A DNA stretch of 64,000 nt, from assembly GCF_032062105.1 (NCBI RefSeq), contig NW_026936265.1:496001-560000 (forward strand). The letters are read 5' to 3'. This DNA comes from Saccostrea cucullata (lineage: Eukaryota). Positions 25,286 to 39,700 of this stretch are shown here, one piece after another; the first letter of the stretch is position 1, and every line of letters begins with the position of its first letter. Below the pieces are notes generated by a model. It did not search any database. It saw only the letters and a list, made by a program, of their open reading frames with translations, and was not told the origin of the DNA. The translations under genes and the position numbers were made by a program.

Positions 25286-27181
25286 AAATATAATGTATTT
25301 TCAAAACAAGAGGCCCATGGGCCTTATAGGTCACCTAGTCATCATGCAACAACTTTCCAGTGATTGAATTTGGGTCATGTTTTAAGCTAGATACTATGGC
25401 ATTCACAATTTTGAAAGAGGGACCATTGCTCATCATAACTATACTTTAAGCAATTGCATAGTTTGGTTACTTTAATAATACACATAGGCAGGGTAGGGGA
25501 ACAAAAATGCATTTCAACTAATCAGTAATATTCAGCAATAACCAGTAGTGCCCCTACCACACATAAACCCCTGACCCTTGGTCCACACATTGCACAACTT
25601 TTTAAAAGGCATCCTTGCTTATCAAATTATTGTTTGATTAACACCAAAGAGCAGATTTCAAACAATTAACAGTGGCGGATTGAGGGGGGGGGGCGCACCC
25701 GCCCCCCTAAAATTGTAATAGTTAGCATAAAACAGTTTTGTCGAGAAAATGTTTAAAATGTCTACTCGGTAGACCTCATTTTTACCGTACAAAACCTCTA
25801 GAATCCATAAGCTTCCGGGGGCTTCGCCCCCCTGTGCCCCCACCAGGGGTTCACCCTGGACCCACTGGGGGGCCTCAAGGCAGCCCCCAGATCCCCTGCC
25901 TAAATCTTGCGCCCCCCTAACTTCAATTCCTGGATCCGCCCCTGATTAATTCATTTTCAGTATATAAGTAGAGCCCCCTCTATGGTACCCCTGACCCTTG
26001 GGTCTTGAAATTCACAATTCTGGAAGAAGGGTCATTGCTCATCATAACTAAACAGGTAGTTCATTTGCTTACCGTATAAGTGGAAATTTTAGCGAGACGC
26101 AAATTTAGCGATTTGTCTTTAAAATTTGGTATTTTACTTTTAGCGAGGATATTATCGATTTTGAAATGCTCACTAACGAAACTATCACAACTTTTAAAAA
26201 ACACGAAAGATTTTTAGCGATATTCAATTTTAGCAATCTCGCCACCCTCGTTAATAAATGACAACATTAAATCCCAAAATTAATGCATTTTCACTATATA
26301 ATCAATAGAGCCCCGTCCTAACACCAGAAACCCTGACCGTAAAGCCATAAAATTCACAATTTTAAAAGAGGCATTCTTGCCCGTCATAACTATGCACTTG
26401 GTTAGTCTATTTAATACCTATAGGAGCAGAGAAGAAGCCTATCAAAGAAACAATGAATTTTCACTATATAATCAATAGAGCCCCACCCTAACTCCAGAAA
26501 CCCTGATCCTGGGGCCATAAAATTCACAATTTTGAATGAGGCATTCTTGCTCATCATAACTATGTACTTAATTAGTTATTTAATGTCCATGAGCAGAGAA
26601 GAAGATTTTCAAAGAATTAATGCATTTTAACTACAGTATATAATCAACAGAGCCCTGCCCTAACACCAGAAACCCTGATCCTGGGGCCATAAAATTCACA
26701 ATTTTGAAAGAGGCACTCTTGCTCATCATAACTATGTACCTAGTTAGTCTATTTGATACCTAGGAGCAGAGAAGAAGACTTTCAAAGAATTAATGCATTT
26801 TCACTATATAATCTATTTAGCCCCGCCCTAGTAATAGAACCCCCGACTCTGGGGCCTTGAATTTCACAATTTTGGTAGAGAACTCAATGTTGATTACAAT
26901 CATGCCAACAGTTTCACTGCTTGATGTCCAGGAGTAAAGAAGAATATTTTTAAATATTGTATTAATTTTAGTGGTTTTGGCCCCATCCCTCAAGCCCTAA
27001 GGGAGCAGGGACCATGAAATTCATAATTTTGTTCCCCTTCACCCATAGATACTTTATGCCAGAATTCGTTGAAATTGGTTGAGCGGCTGCAGAAAAGAAC
27101 TGAAAATGTTCAAATGTTAACACACGACAGACGAAAACGCATAGCAATAGGTTGTCTGAGTTTACTCATGTGACCTAAAAA
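25286..27181 (+). mobile_element. HINE carrying a Cg170-like ~167-173 bp satellite array (best units 26282-26960)
   Basis: Start aacaagaggcccatgggcc. Units aatgcattttcactatata..ccctgatcctggggccataaaattcacaattttg..catcataactatg..gagcagagaagaag resemble the oyster Cg170 satellite. End has a gacagacg microsatellite and an aggt..tgagtttactca..gacctaaaa hairpin. Confidence 0.8.
25670..25944. mobile_element. GC-rich MITE, CAG..CTG ends, 5-bp TSD (hAT5-like)
   Basis: TIR cagtggcggat / atccgcccctg, with attaa duplicated at 25665-25669 and 25945-25949 inside a satellite unit. Confidence 0.75.
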
Positions 27182-27741
27182 CCAAACTGTGCCAGCCTTG
27201 AGTATGAGTCTAAAATTTCAGTTTAAATGGTAAAAGGATCATTAGTTACTTAATCATACCAACATTTTTATCAATGAGTAAAGATTTTTGATGACCATGT
27301 TTTTCATGGTATTGACCACATATCCACAAGTGCAGGGGTGTACCTTGAAATAAGAAATGAATTTTCTTCAGCTAATTCAAAACAGTCCTTAAGTGCTACT
27401 TTTTGCTTTAAAAGTTTTCAAATTTAGCAACCTTTGCTTAGTCAATATCACCTATGGCAATTTTCTTCATATCTCTCATAAAATTTAGTTTTTCTTTCAT
27501 AATATTTAAATTTTATACTATAAGAAATGTTTTAAAAACACAAAGAATAAATAACATAACATCTTTATTCTTCAAAATATCCTCAATCTTTTACCATTCT
27601 TTTGATGGCTGGTTTTGAATTATAGGATGCAATGTCCTTTCACAATCAAAACACTTTCTGTTTATAAATAAATTTTTTTTCATTGACTTATTCACTGGTA
27701 AAAACTCAAGGCCTGTGGTCCAAACAAGATCTACAGCACAA

Positions 27742-30700
27742 TCAGAATGTCACGGACCCTGCAGGGAGACTGCTGTTAACGAGTCGGTAATATCTCAAGT
27801 CATTCACAAACCGATGAACACTCTGAGTAAAGGACGGCAAATCCTGGAACAAACAAATGTTCTAAATTAATTTAATTTATACAATTATTATAAACTGTTG
27901 CTGTAATAATTTTTATTTAAAATACATGCAGTAAAGTACTAAACTTTGTGATTGCATGCTTCCCCCCCCCCCAAAAAATAATGTTGTTCACAAGAATATT
28001 ACTAAAATAATAGTGTAACACTACTTACCTTCTCTGCTTTGAAATTGGTCACTAGTATACGTTTTTGGTTGGCATCCAATCCTTCACAGGAGGACAGAAA
28101 TTGGGGTAAAAATTCGGCATAGAAGCGTTCAAAGTCTACGGAAGCCATATTGTACACAGTCACAACTATCTCCTCATGGAGTAAATCGTGGGATTTTTGC
28201 ACCAACACTTGCATAAGAACATGTAAAAACTGTAGAAGCATTCCTTCTCTGAATATTGGCTGAAAAGAGAGCAATTAGCTGCTTAAATAATCTATATGAA
28301 CTGAATAAGTAGTGTTTTAATAACTATTTTGTGTTTTAATAACTTTTTTGTGAATATTCATGAAAATGTAAAACACACAAATAATCTGTATGAACTGAAT
28401 AAGTAGTGTTTTAATAACTATTTTGTGAATATTCATGAAAATTAAAACACACATCAGTGCAACAGTTTCATTTTCAAGTATAACTGTTATTTAAAATACC
28501 AATTCACACACACACACCCAAAATTTTATGCCATTTTAAAGATTCTTTTCCTACTTTACATTCCAGAGGTTATATTTGTGATTGCTTTTCTTAAACAGTA
28601 AATCAAAAGTAAAATGTGCTGCAAGGTGTTTATTTAGAAAACAACTGTAAAAAAAATGTGAATATATACTAATATTATTTCAAAACAGATTTTTCTTTCA
28701 CACACTTTCACACACTTACTTTGTGGTAGAGTTTCCATTTTGTGTTGAGAGTTTCTAAAGATTCCAAATTCTGTTTAAAGACAGCAAGGTCTGGTTGTAG
28801 GAATGACTGGCCATATGACTGAAAATTGAAATTGACATTTAAAAAAAATTGAGAGTACTGCATGTAATCAAAGTCCCCTGCTAACAAGTGCAAGCTTGTT
28901 CCCCGTAAAAACTAAAAAGGCTGTGATTTCATATAAAAATCAAGAAAACTGAATTACACATGTAAGAAATTCAAACTTGATTTCTATCTCATTAATGTAG
29001 ACCATAAGAATCAGCTCATCATCTGCAAAAATTATTTTAAAATGTGCACGTCCTAAAAACAAACTAAATGTCAAATACTGTACGTGTATTCAAAATTTAG
29101 CTCAATCAATGGATATGGAGCTGTTGGCGTAATCATAAATTAGCGCTACACATGTCCGTGCTGTTTATCGTATTTGTAAACAATTTCTTAGCAATATTCA
29201 TGAATTAGTGCATCATTGTCTGTGCCAAAGCCTCTAAAATATGAAGCCCACTATTTTAAGAACACATATCATCTCACCAAAATCTACAGAAAAAGAAGAA
29301 GCCCTGTAATTCCTTCACCTGCATAATGGCAGTAAACTCCTGTGCATTCTGAATCTCTCCGTTTCCATTCTGAGGAGTGTGCTGTACATTCAATGTCTTC
29401 AGTACACTTCCCTTGAAGAAATATCTCCAGTTGTTCATCATTAACTCATGGACTAATCTATACAGACTAATTTTAATGTCAGGTGATGGACGCTATAATA
29501 AGAAATGTAAATATATATATCAATGGAATTTTCTATAGAATAAAATACCATATAAGTGGAAATTTTAGCGAGATGCAATTTTAGCGATTTGCCCTGAAAA
29601 ACTGGTAATTTATTTTTAGCAAGATGTTATTTTAGCAATTTTGAAATGAATGTTAAAGAAGTCATAACAAATAAATTGCCATTAATTTTTAGCTATATTC
29701 AATTTTAGCGACTCGGCACCCTCGCTAATAATGCCAAAATTAAATCCTTGCTAAAAATTCTACTTATACGATAAACTCGTATTACTTGAAAAAAATATGC
29801 AAAAATAAATGAACCAAAATTGCCTATTTTTGAGAGTCAAATTTTGAAATTTAACTTGGACAGCAACAATGAAACATGACATTGTTGACAAAGATACAAT
29901 GACACCTAAAAATTACATGTATATGTATTACAAATGTTGACTTCGAAAAGACATGAGCAAAAGTATTGTGATTCCTCTGAATATAAAACATTTGGGGGTA
30001 TTACAAATTTTATCCCCTTTTTTCTCCCATTAAACAGATAGTTTACCTGTGCTATTATTGGATAAATCTGATCCATACATATAGATATCACATTTGGTAA
30101 GAATGCTTTGAAAGCTGACCCAGGCTCTTGTACAATAAGTTCTAAAATCTTAAGAAACCTGCAAAACAAGAATTCTTATGTAAGACCTCATCCTGTGATT
30201 AGTTTTTTAGAGATTATAAACTTCAACACAAAAATATGTTCTTACTTCTCTACAACTCTGTGGGCAGCAGTGCTTTCGTGACAGATACTTTCTGCTATCT
30301 GCTCTCTGAAAGATTTTTTCAAAATTCAAGATGACCTTAAGTAAAGTGCATCAACAAGAAACGTTCAAATAAAATTACATGTTAAATAAAGATGCTATGC
30401 ATTCAAAAATACATAAATACACACTAAACAAAATATCTCTGAATAGAAGATGTGATAATATTAACTAGCTTTTAATTATCTTACAATATATTTGGATATG
30501 ATATGGACACATACTGTGTAAAGAGGGTCATAAACGTCTGTATAGTTTGTTCTGCAAAGACCACACCCATCTGAACCCTAAGTCCTTGGAACAAGGATAA
30601 GAAGAAGCTCATTAAGGAGTCTACCACATCTAATTATAAATAAGAAAAAAAAATTATATGAGACATCAAACAAGATGAAATAATCTACATAAAAATAACG

Positions 30701-33700
30701 ACCTTTGACCTGTGAATTTTTGGCAGGTAATTCTCACCTGGTTGGTGTAGATAGATGGGGAACACAGAGAGAGCCACATCTATAACCCCCTGTAACGACT
30801 GGTAACAGATCTGTTTACTTTTCACAACCTCCCCAGCAACATTCTCAATCCAATCCTCAAAGATCTGCAAGGTCCTCTTTATCACAGATTTACCTGAAAG
30901 TAGGGCTAAATTTCAAATTTCATTTATACAAGTACATGCACATGCAATTTAACCTACAGCCAACTTTTGACATCATAATATAGAATCATCATGTTTCCTT
31001 GGATTACCTTTATTAACAAATTTACACTGGATTCCCCAGAAACTACAAGTCAACTTTGTCAACTATCAGTTCATTGAATTAACCTAATATGTACTTTGAT
31101 TTGAATAAACTTGAATCTACTCAGCATGGGATGATTGATTATTGGACAACTTTTGGTCCTTCTCTTCTTTAGATGACTTTAAATTTTTAACCATTTACTA
31201 TGGTACCTGGCAAACTAGAATTTACAATGTATTTTTGAAATACCACACCTTCTTCCTGCAAGCCTTTGTTTGCTGTGAGGGCCCTGGTATCTTTAAGCTG
31301 TAGGAAATGTCTGGCCAGCTGTCTAACGAAGGCCTGGTGATCTGCAGCTCTACTGGCCCAGTTCTGGTCAGCGTCACTCTCGATTGGCCAGGGGAGGATC
31401 AGACTGTGTGACAAGGCTCGGTACACCAACAACTGCACCTGGAAGAAACCAGATGAAAGGAATTTACAGATATATAATTTTTATCTCTTTTTTGAAGGAA
31501 AGTTGGTTTTCATTTAAATTTTAATCAAATAAATTCTTTAAAAAATTTGGAAAAATTAGACAAAATTTGATCATCAGAACTCACTTAAGCTAATGGAATC
31601 TAAAAACACACTTATACATTGTATTTTTCTTTTTTAGAAAGAAATATTTGCTATCTATTGTTTACATCCCAATCATTGTGTACATGTGCATACTTCAACA
31701 GTGAGTCCGTCATAAGCTCCTTGACTAGCACGTTTACACAGAGTCTGTGTACTGGACAGGTGTAAGAGGAACTTTGGCCGGACAGTCGTGGTGATGGACA
31801 GTAATAAGTGAGCACTGGAATGAACTATCTTCTCTGGTATCTAACATAAATCAAACAATGCAGTAGAGAAAATTCTACAGATATTAAAGACTTCTCTTTG
31901 TCCTCATACTTTGAAAAGTGAACCTGATCTTAAGATTTTTTTTAGTTTTAGAGAACAGAATCATGGATACAGTAATTATTACAAACAAGCTTTGCCATCA
32001 ATTTCACTGAATCCTTATTAAATACTTTGGCCTCCCAAAGAATGAATGATAAGAATTATTTGCTTCTGTATTAAAGAATCATTTCTGTAGTTATTTTCTT
32101 TGTTTTAATAGCAAGACTACTGTACTAGCTAAATGCAACAAAATATTTTTTTTTATTTCATTGATATCCTCAACTTTACCTCTTTTGAGAACATTGGAAC
32201 AATAGAATCCAGAAGCGTGGATATCAAAGATACAAATTTATCCCTGTCCAAGTTGACTTTCTGTGTTTCACTGTAAAACTGGCACAACCAATGAGCAAAG
32301 GCCTTCACTGACGCAATGGCCTGGGCGTGTCTGTAAATAACCAAGCAGTTATAGTAAAAATTTTCAAAAAACTTTTCAATACTGGTTTTATTGAATCTGA
32401 TTGGTGCATTTTTACTTACACTCCAACAAAATCTGTATGAAGAACATTCTGTATTGTTGATGTAACACTGAACAGCTGTGACTTGGAGCCATAAACAACT
32501 GTATTCACTAATCTACAAAAATTAAAGAAAAAACTGCTCATTTAATTTTGTAAACATTTTAAATTGTAGCATCCAGGTTTTGAATTTTATGTCTTAAAGT
32601 GTACATCTCCTGACATACGGTTTAAACCAAAAAAGTTCAATTTAGATCAAAAACATCATGTAGTTTTCCAAGTAACCAGACTGACCCACTTTAAAACCTT
32701 GCTTTTGTCTGTTTTTGCTTTTTTGTGTGTATGGTTGGTTTTTCCCTATTTTGTGCTTAATATAGGGAATTCTTACTCCTTAAAAATGGGGAATGTAGTT
32801 AAAATCAGGCTTTCTTAATCTATATATTATCGACTGTGGTGCTTTGTTATTTGCAGATGATATTGCCTACTTTATTGACAACAGCATTTAACTAAGAATA
32901 ATAGAGTTATAGTATAGTGTAAAGCTGATCCTGATATTAATAACCATACCATTTACTTTTGTTTTGTCGTACAGCAGCAATAGCATTTTTTTTTTACCTT
33001 TCTAAGAGCATTGTGCCATCATTGAATCGCTCTAAGAATTTTTCTCCTATAAAATGTTCAGCCAATCTTCCCAGAGCTTGCAGCAGTGAGGATAGATCTC
33101 GTAGAGAGCAGTGAAGTTTTCGACATTCATTTTCTGCTGTTATTGTTAGATGTCTGCCTTGTGCATTATTCCTCACAAACTGATCGAGACCAAGATAAAT
33201 ATCTAGATGCTCACGAAATGGTTCATACTAAAGAAAAAATAATAAATTTACAAAATAACTAAACTAACCAGCATTTTAACAAGGTAAATATATTTCTAAT
33301 ATATTTTGCATTGAAATCTGTATAGAATCAAAAGAGAGGCAAATTTTCAATTAAAAATAAGGAGAGCAAAAAATTATAATTTACTGGAATACTAAAATGA
33401 TTTTTATCAATACATGTAATACAGAAGGAAATATGATTCACACATACCAATATTCTGAATGTCTCTGCTGTGTAGATTTCTGCTACTTTGGCAACAATTT
33501 CTAAACTCTGACACAAGAAACTCTGCCACTCTGTTTCATTCTGTTGGGAAAAAAAGCCTCAGCTATTATATTAAGTTTGATATTTAAGTACATGTGTACC
33601 AATGTGCCTGATAAAATTGATGACAAAGATTGTTCCTCCAGAGTCTTAATATAGAGTGAATTATTAAAGTATCAATGATAACAATAACTTTTGATAGTTT

Positions 33701-36700
33701 TCCACTATAATTTCTTCTACAGCATAAAATCACAAAGTTAAATAAGAACATTTAATCAATAATTATAAAAAAAACTTACATCATCATCTAGAACTTCATC
33801 GTCTAGTTCCTCCAGTTGTGACTGGTTATATCGGAACTGTAGTTTATGTAGCATGTTTGACACCAGGGATAAGAGGGCTTCTTGGTACCTGTAACATCAA
33901 TAAACCAAAAACACTCTCCAATAAATTCACTCATTATTGAATTACAACAAAGTACTGGTATATCCAAGCTATCTGTAAGAAATAAGTTTTACATTGTAGA
34001 GCTTCTGTGTCTTATTTACTGTAGATCACTCGATTTTCACGACACTTTATTTTCGCAAGATAGTCATTAACTCATTAACTCTTCATAAACGCCACAAAAT
34101 TTTCACGAAATTGTGCTTATTGCTCTATATAATCTAAAGAAATACTAATATAAACAAGAATAAAATTTACGTGAGTACCTTGTCTCACGTAATTATGCGA
34201 AAATAAAATTCTCACAAATATAAAGTGATTAACAGTACCTTGTAACAATGGCTGAGCTGTCCGTGGATCTCTCTTTTAATTTGTCATCCAGATAATCCAG
34301 GAATGTGTTCCACGTATCCAGACAGTTATAAAATCCCTCATTTGTGGGCTGTTTATATATGAAGAATCAAATTAAATGACAGATCTTTTCTTTTAAACCA
34401 ATGGTCTATAATGACCTCAAAATAAAATTTCAAACCGCTCTGAGAGAGGCTTTTGACAAAAATTTAAACAATACCTGTCTGAAAGTATACTTTAACAACA
34501 GAGCCAAGAATTCTAGCACCGGGAAATGTGGATTTGACTCAAATCTCTTTAAATGGATACCAACAAACAATTTTAGAAAGTCAGTAAACTTTTCCACATA
34601 GCTGTAAAAAAATACATGTAGATGAATGATAGCATTTATATGACTTAAATATTATACACTGTAATACAAAATATGTTTTTAAATATCAACTTAACATACC
34701 TTTCGTCTATTTCTGACAACCTATTTCCTGTTGAATTTGTTCTACTTTCTTTGGTCATTTTTTGAAGCAGGTAAAATGTCTGTTGAAACATTTGAAGGAG
34801 ATAGTCTTCAAATTCTACAGGAACACAATTTTTGGATAGCAGTTCATTGATACAGTTCATGGCTAGATTTCCTAAAACATACGTATTAGTGCTGAAGTTT
34901 GCACTGACATTTGAACTGGATTTCCGCACCTCACATCCAAATCCAGCAAAATGAAATACAGTACTTAATAAGGATGGTGTAATCATTGATGATAGAGGAA
35001 TCCAACTGAAGTATTGAGCTAAACATTTCAAAGCTAGACTACAGAGATTCTGGGATTCAACGTCCAAGGGAGGTAATGCTTCCAGGGGAATCCGACTGCT
35101 GGGGGATTTAAACATGTTGCTGAGCACATTACCTGCTCAAAGAAAAAAAAGTGCCTCTAAAGTATTAAAATTAAACTCCGATTTGTGTATATATGATTTG
35201 ACCAACATAAAACAAGGCACCTTGTGTAAGAGATAAAGAATAAAAAACTACATCATGCACTTAACATCAATTCAATATCTTAATATTTACAAAGTAGACC
35301 AAAATACTGATTAAAACTAATATCTCTCTAAAATTTTCTTTTTTTATTATTGTGTCTTTCCATTACACTGACCAGTGTCATTAGATTCCAGGGGAGAACT
35401 AAACAACATGACTGATGAGGACCGCCGACGGGTGGATCCATCTTCTCCCGAGGTGGGGGAGGGTGGTGGTGTGGCCGCCACCAAGTGTCGATGCTTCTCT
35501 AGCACTGATTCCAGAATATCTGAAGAAGAAAAAAATTGTTTAAGAAAAATGAAAAAAAATATACACAGCCTATTAAGTTACACACTATTTTAATATGCAA
35601 CTTTTAACTGTTTTGAGAATTAATAAGCAGTTATAGAAGCATACTGTTGATCAAGCTGAGAATTGTTGGGACTTGTTCAAGCAAAAGACGATGCAGTTCT
35701 TCTTTTCTGGCCATGCTGAGATCTTCCCTTGGTGAAGCCAGCTCCTCTGAGGCTGTGTGCAGGAGAATCAGCCCTAGAACTGCAGTCTCTGGCTGCTGAG
35801 CAAGCTGTATATAGAAAAGCATAGGTTAGTTCATAATTAATGACCTGCTTATTTGAAGGATGCAGCTGATTCATACAGCTTCATCAGTAAGGTAAATAAT
35901 GATATTACAGGCAGAATACATGCAGTGGGCTGCTGATTGGAGAGATTCTATAAAATCCAGTGTCATTTTTAAGTATCTAAGATGTAGATGCTGTAAGGAA
36001 CAAATTTTCTGCAAACATAAGCAATGCAATATCAAAATCAATTTCAAAAAAAGAAAGAAATGAGCATTGGGCAAAAAGCTATAAACTTAGAGGTAAAAAA
36101 AATTATGCACATCAACATTAAGACATATCATGTACATCAACATTAAGACCTCAGTTTGCATCTACCTGTAGAATACTGGAGAAGAAGTCTGGATAGAAGT
36201 GAGGCCAGTCTATTCTGCCGATGTCCACCACCAGTTTGACTAGTTTGTTCCTGATGTACGTCGGAACCCTGTTGTGGTGGTCCAGCAGGAAGTGGTTTAA
36301 GGTCGAGCGGATTTCTAACTTGTGCTGACCATTGAAGCTGACCCACTGTTTATTGATCAAACTCTATAAAAGGGAAGCAATGACCACATTATAATTTCCT
36401 TCCTCCAATTAAACAATAAGTATTGTGAGCTTCAATAAAATTTTATTTGATATTTGTTTTAAGTAGGCTCTAAAATGAGTTTTACTAAGCTGCAAATAAG
36501 AATTAAGAGTATTTTTTTCTTCTTTTTTAAATTTTGCCATTAGGTTGATAACGAAAATTTGAATTTTTGGGGGTAGGTGTGTTGTACATCCTTAAGAGTA
36601 TTTTTTTCTTCTTTTTTAAATTTTGCCATTAGGTTGAACCTACCTCTATTGCTGTCATACAGAACATCATGACGTACTCATTCTGAGTGTTTGCCAGGTA

Positions 36701-39700
36701 ATATAAACAATGCTGCCAGGCATCTCTGGTTTGTGTGAAATTATTTAGAATTTCCTCTACAACAAATTAAAGATTAAACTGTAAACATGCCTGTAAAGAA
36801 AACTCTCTTCAAGAAACTGAGCTGACATTATCATCTTTCATGTGTCTGTATCATTTGACTCTTGCCCAATGTTACTTCATAATCAAGAGGGGTCACACTT
36901 TCCTTATTTAAGTGCGTACCAAGCTCGATGTATGTCAAATAAAGAATTCTCAAGATATTCAGAGGACAATATCTTCCTTTGTCCAGTTCTACCCTTGAAC
37001 TTTGATATCATGACTTCAAAATCAATATGGGTTGTCAAGAAAAGGTTTGTAAAGATACTAAGTGGTCAGTATCTTCTAATGTCCAGTTAACCACTGTAAA
37101 CCAACTTTTATTTTTGTGCCAGAAACATCCTTGAGTTTCATGACCTACTTGACCTCGCAAAAATTAATCACTGTGAACCATCTATTTGGCTTTGTATTTT
37201 AAGAAAATATTTCCTCAACTGCAAAAATTAATCGTCATGGATTATTGATTTCTTAAAAATTAAAGATGATGTGAATAATAGCTGGTGTACAGTGAGTAAT
37301 CCCTAAATTCATCTTTGATCTATGACCTCAAAATTAATAGGGGTCATCTATATCTTACCACTGTTAGTGTATCAAATTTGTTGTCTGTCAAATTCAGAAC
37401 TGGGTATTCATGATATCGAGTAGTAAAATTTTAGTTTGACCCTAGATCTTTGATTTTCGTGACCTCTGAATCATTTGGGATAATCTAGTGGTAATTCTTG
37501 AGGGAAACCAATGTACCAAGTTAAAAGTCATTCAAGCAGTCCATCACAATAAATCTTTCTTTAAACCTAATAAGACAACTCTAACAAAATTCTTTTGAAT
37601 AATACACTGTAAATTAGTTTTATATCTATATTAATACATTGAACTATTTCAATTTAGATATCAAAGTCTACTCAACTTTTTTTTTTTTTTTTACATATAC
37701 TGCAATACATGTATTCACCTTTCTGTAATTTTAATCACGTTAAAAATACTTCAATATTTTTGTAATAATTGAAATAATTTTATTATATCTTCTTTATTCT
37801 TGTTTTTATTGAGTTATTGGGGGGAAAACTGGGATTCGTTTTTGTCGTTTTCAAGAATGTTCAATTTTATTTTTCTTTATAATAAACTTTGCACTTTTCC
37901 TGAAATCTGATGACTATCTCCTGTCACATGACTTTAAGGACTTAAGTTTGTGTTCATTCTGTATGATTCTGACAGAGTGAGATGTACAATCAGAGTCCAT
38001 CTTAGAAAATTCTGACATAAAATCAGAATAACATGTATGACATTGAAAATCATCAGGTGAACATTAATACACTGTACCTATATTTCTTTTTCTTTCATTG
38101 GACGTTCTTCCATCAAAGAACTCTGTCATCAAGTTCTCTAGAGCTTTAAGTGATGCCTGGTCAGAAGCCTACAATAAAAATAAGATTTGAAGAAATAATG
38201 CAAAAACATATACATGTACATGTATATTTTCTTTCTGTGGTAGACTTTGGATTGACATTACAGCATGCAATAGCTTAATAAATCTTATCATGATTTATAT
38301 AATATGTTTATAAATTGAACTAATAACACATAATGTTCGTACTTCTTAATAATGCTTGCTTTAACATTATATTTAGCATAAATGAGTCCTTATTGACAGC
38401 ATCAAAGCTGACATTCTAGCATCAAAGATAATCAAAAAGTGTCCTACAAATACGATGTCCTCAGAAACACGGCTTGTTCTCCTTCTCCATATACGTAGAC
38501 CTTGTTAAAAACTTAATGACAGAAAAAATATAACAGAAGACCATGAATATGACTCTAAAAGTGCTGTAATTTTAGTTTTAGCTGCTTTCATATGCTACAT
38601 CCAGTGTAATGATTTTGCTTTATCACGCTAATCCCAAAATTATGTATCATAGTTTCAGCTATCCCTAATTATAAGTATATAATGCTGTAATGATACAATA
38701 CTTCAAAGATTAAGACACTCAACTCATCTGAAATCAGAAAGAAAATTCACACTGTCTGCATGCTGAATTCCTTCTCCAATAAGTTAAAGTTCCCAAACCT
38801 TCCATAAATTACATATGGTCATTGGTATCCAATAAAATCTCATGATAACCAAAAAAAGTTTACAAATAAAAATAGATATTGATGATAGATTTAACATTTT
38901 TAAAAAAAATGCATATATATCAGACTTCAAAATGAAAATATTCAATTAACATATAACAATAAATGATGTGACATCATGTCACAGTCTAGATGAAATATCT
39001 GTGATTTGAAGAAGTGGATCTAACAGGAATGCTAACCAATATACATAATTGCCTTACACTGCTAGCTTATAATAGTTACAAGTAACAGCTTTTCAAAAAG
39101 CTTGCCGGACTAATGCCATCACTATCTAGAGAACCTTTCGGTCTCATCCGAAGGACCGATCTCCACGTTCCGCTGTGGATTCGAACCCGCGAATGAAAGA
39201 TGAACACCTCATTCCGCGAGTCTAAAAAATGGTTGTAGTGGATGAAGTAAATAAGGGAAATAAACAAATGTAATTGATTTATGCTGGAAAGCCGTGGCTA
39301 TGTAAAGGTTACATAAATTAGATTCAACTGCATAAAGCATAGGCTATGAGGAAGACATCTGAAAATATGATAACTACAAGAAATTGCAAGGAATCGTAAC
39401 TTTTATGACTGACATGCAGAATAAGTTTACTAGTTTCTTGGGTATGCCAGAGCATCAACGACTGTTGAAAATGTCGTATAAATAAAGCCTGTTATGCATA
39501 AATGACCCAACAAACTTGACAGTGATTTATGCATGGAGACAGGCGCGGATTCAGGAAGTTTTTCCCAGGGATGGGGGTCCACATAAAAAATATTTGTAAA
39601 AGCAAAAAAGTAATAAACTCCCTCAATCCTGAAATGTGAGGGGGTACTTTCCCAAGTCTATATTCTGTTTTTGTAAAATAATGATCAGGGGTATGATCAG

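Noticed and set aside
36503-36637. 45-bp direct repeat next to an XPO6 donor (a similar small duplication lies at 28289-28440)
   Set aside because: Ordinary local intronic duplication; the donor itself is not duplicated.
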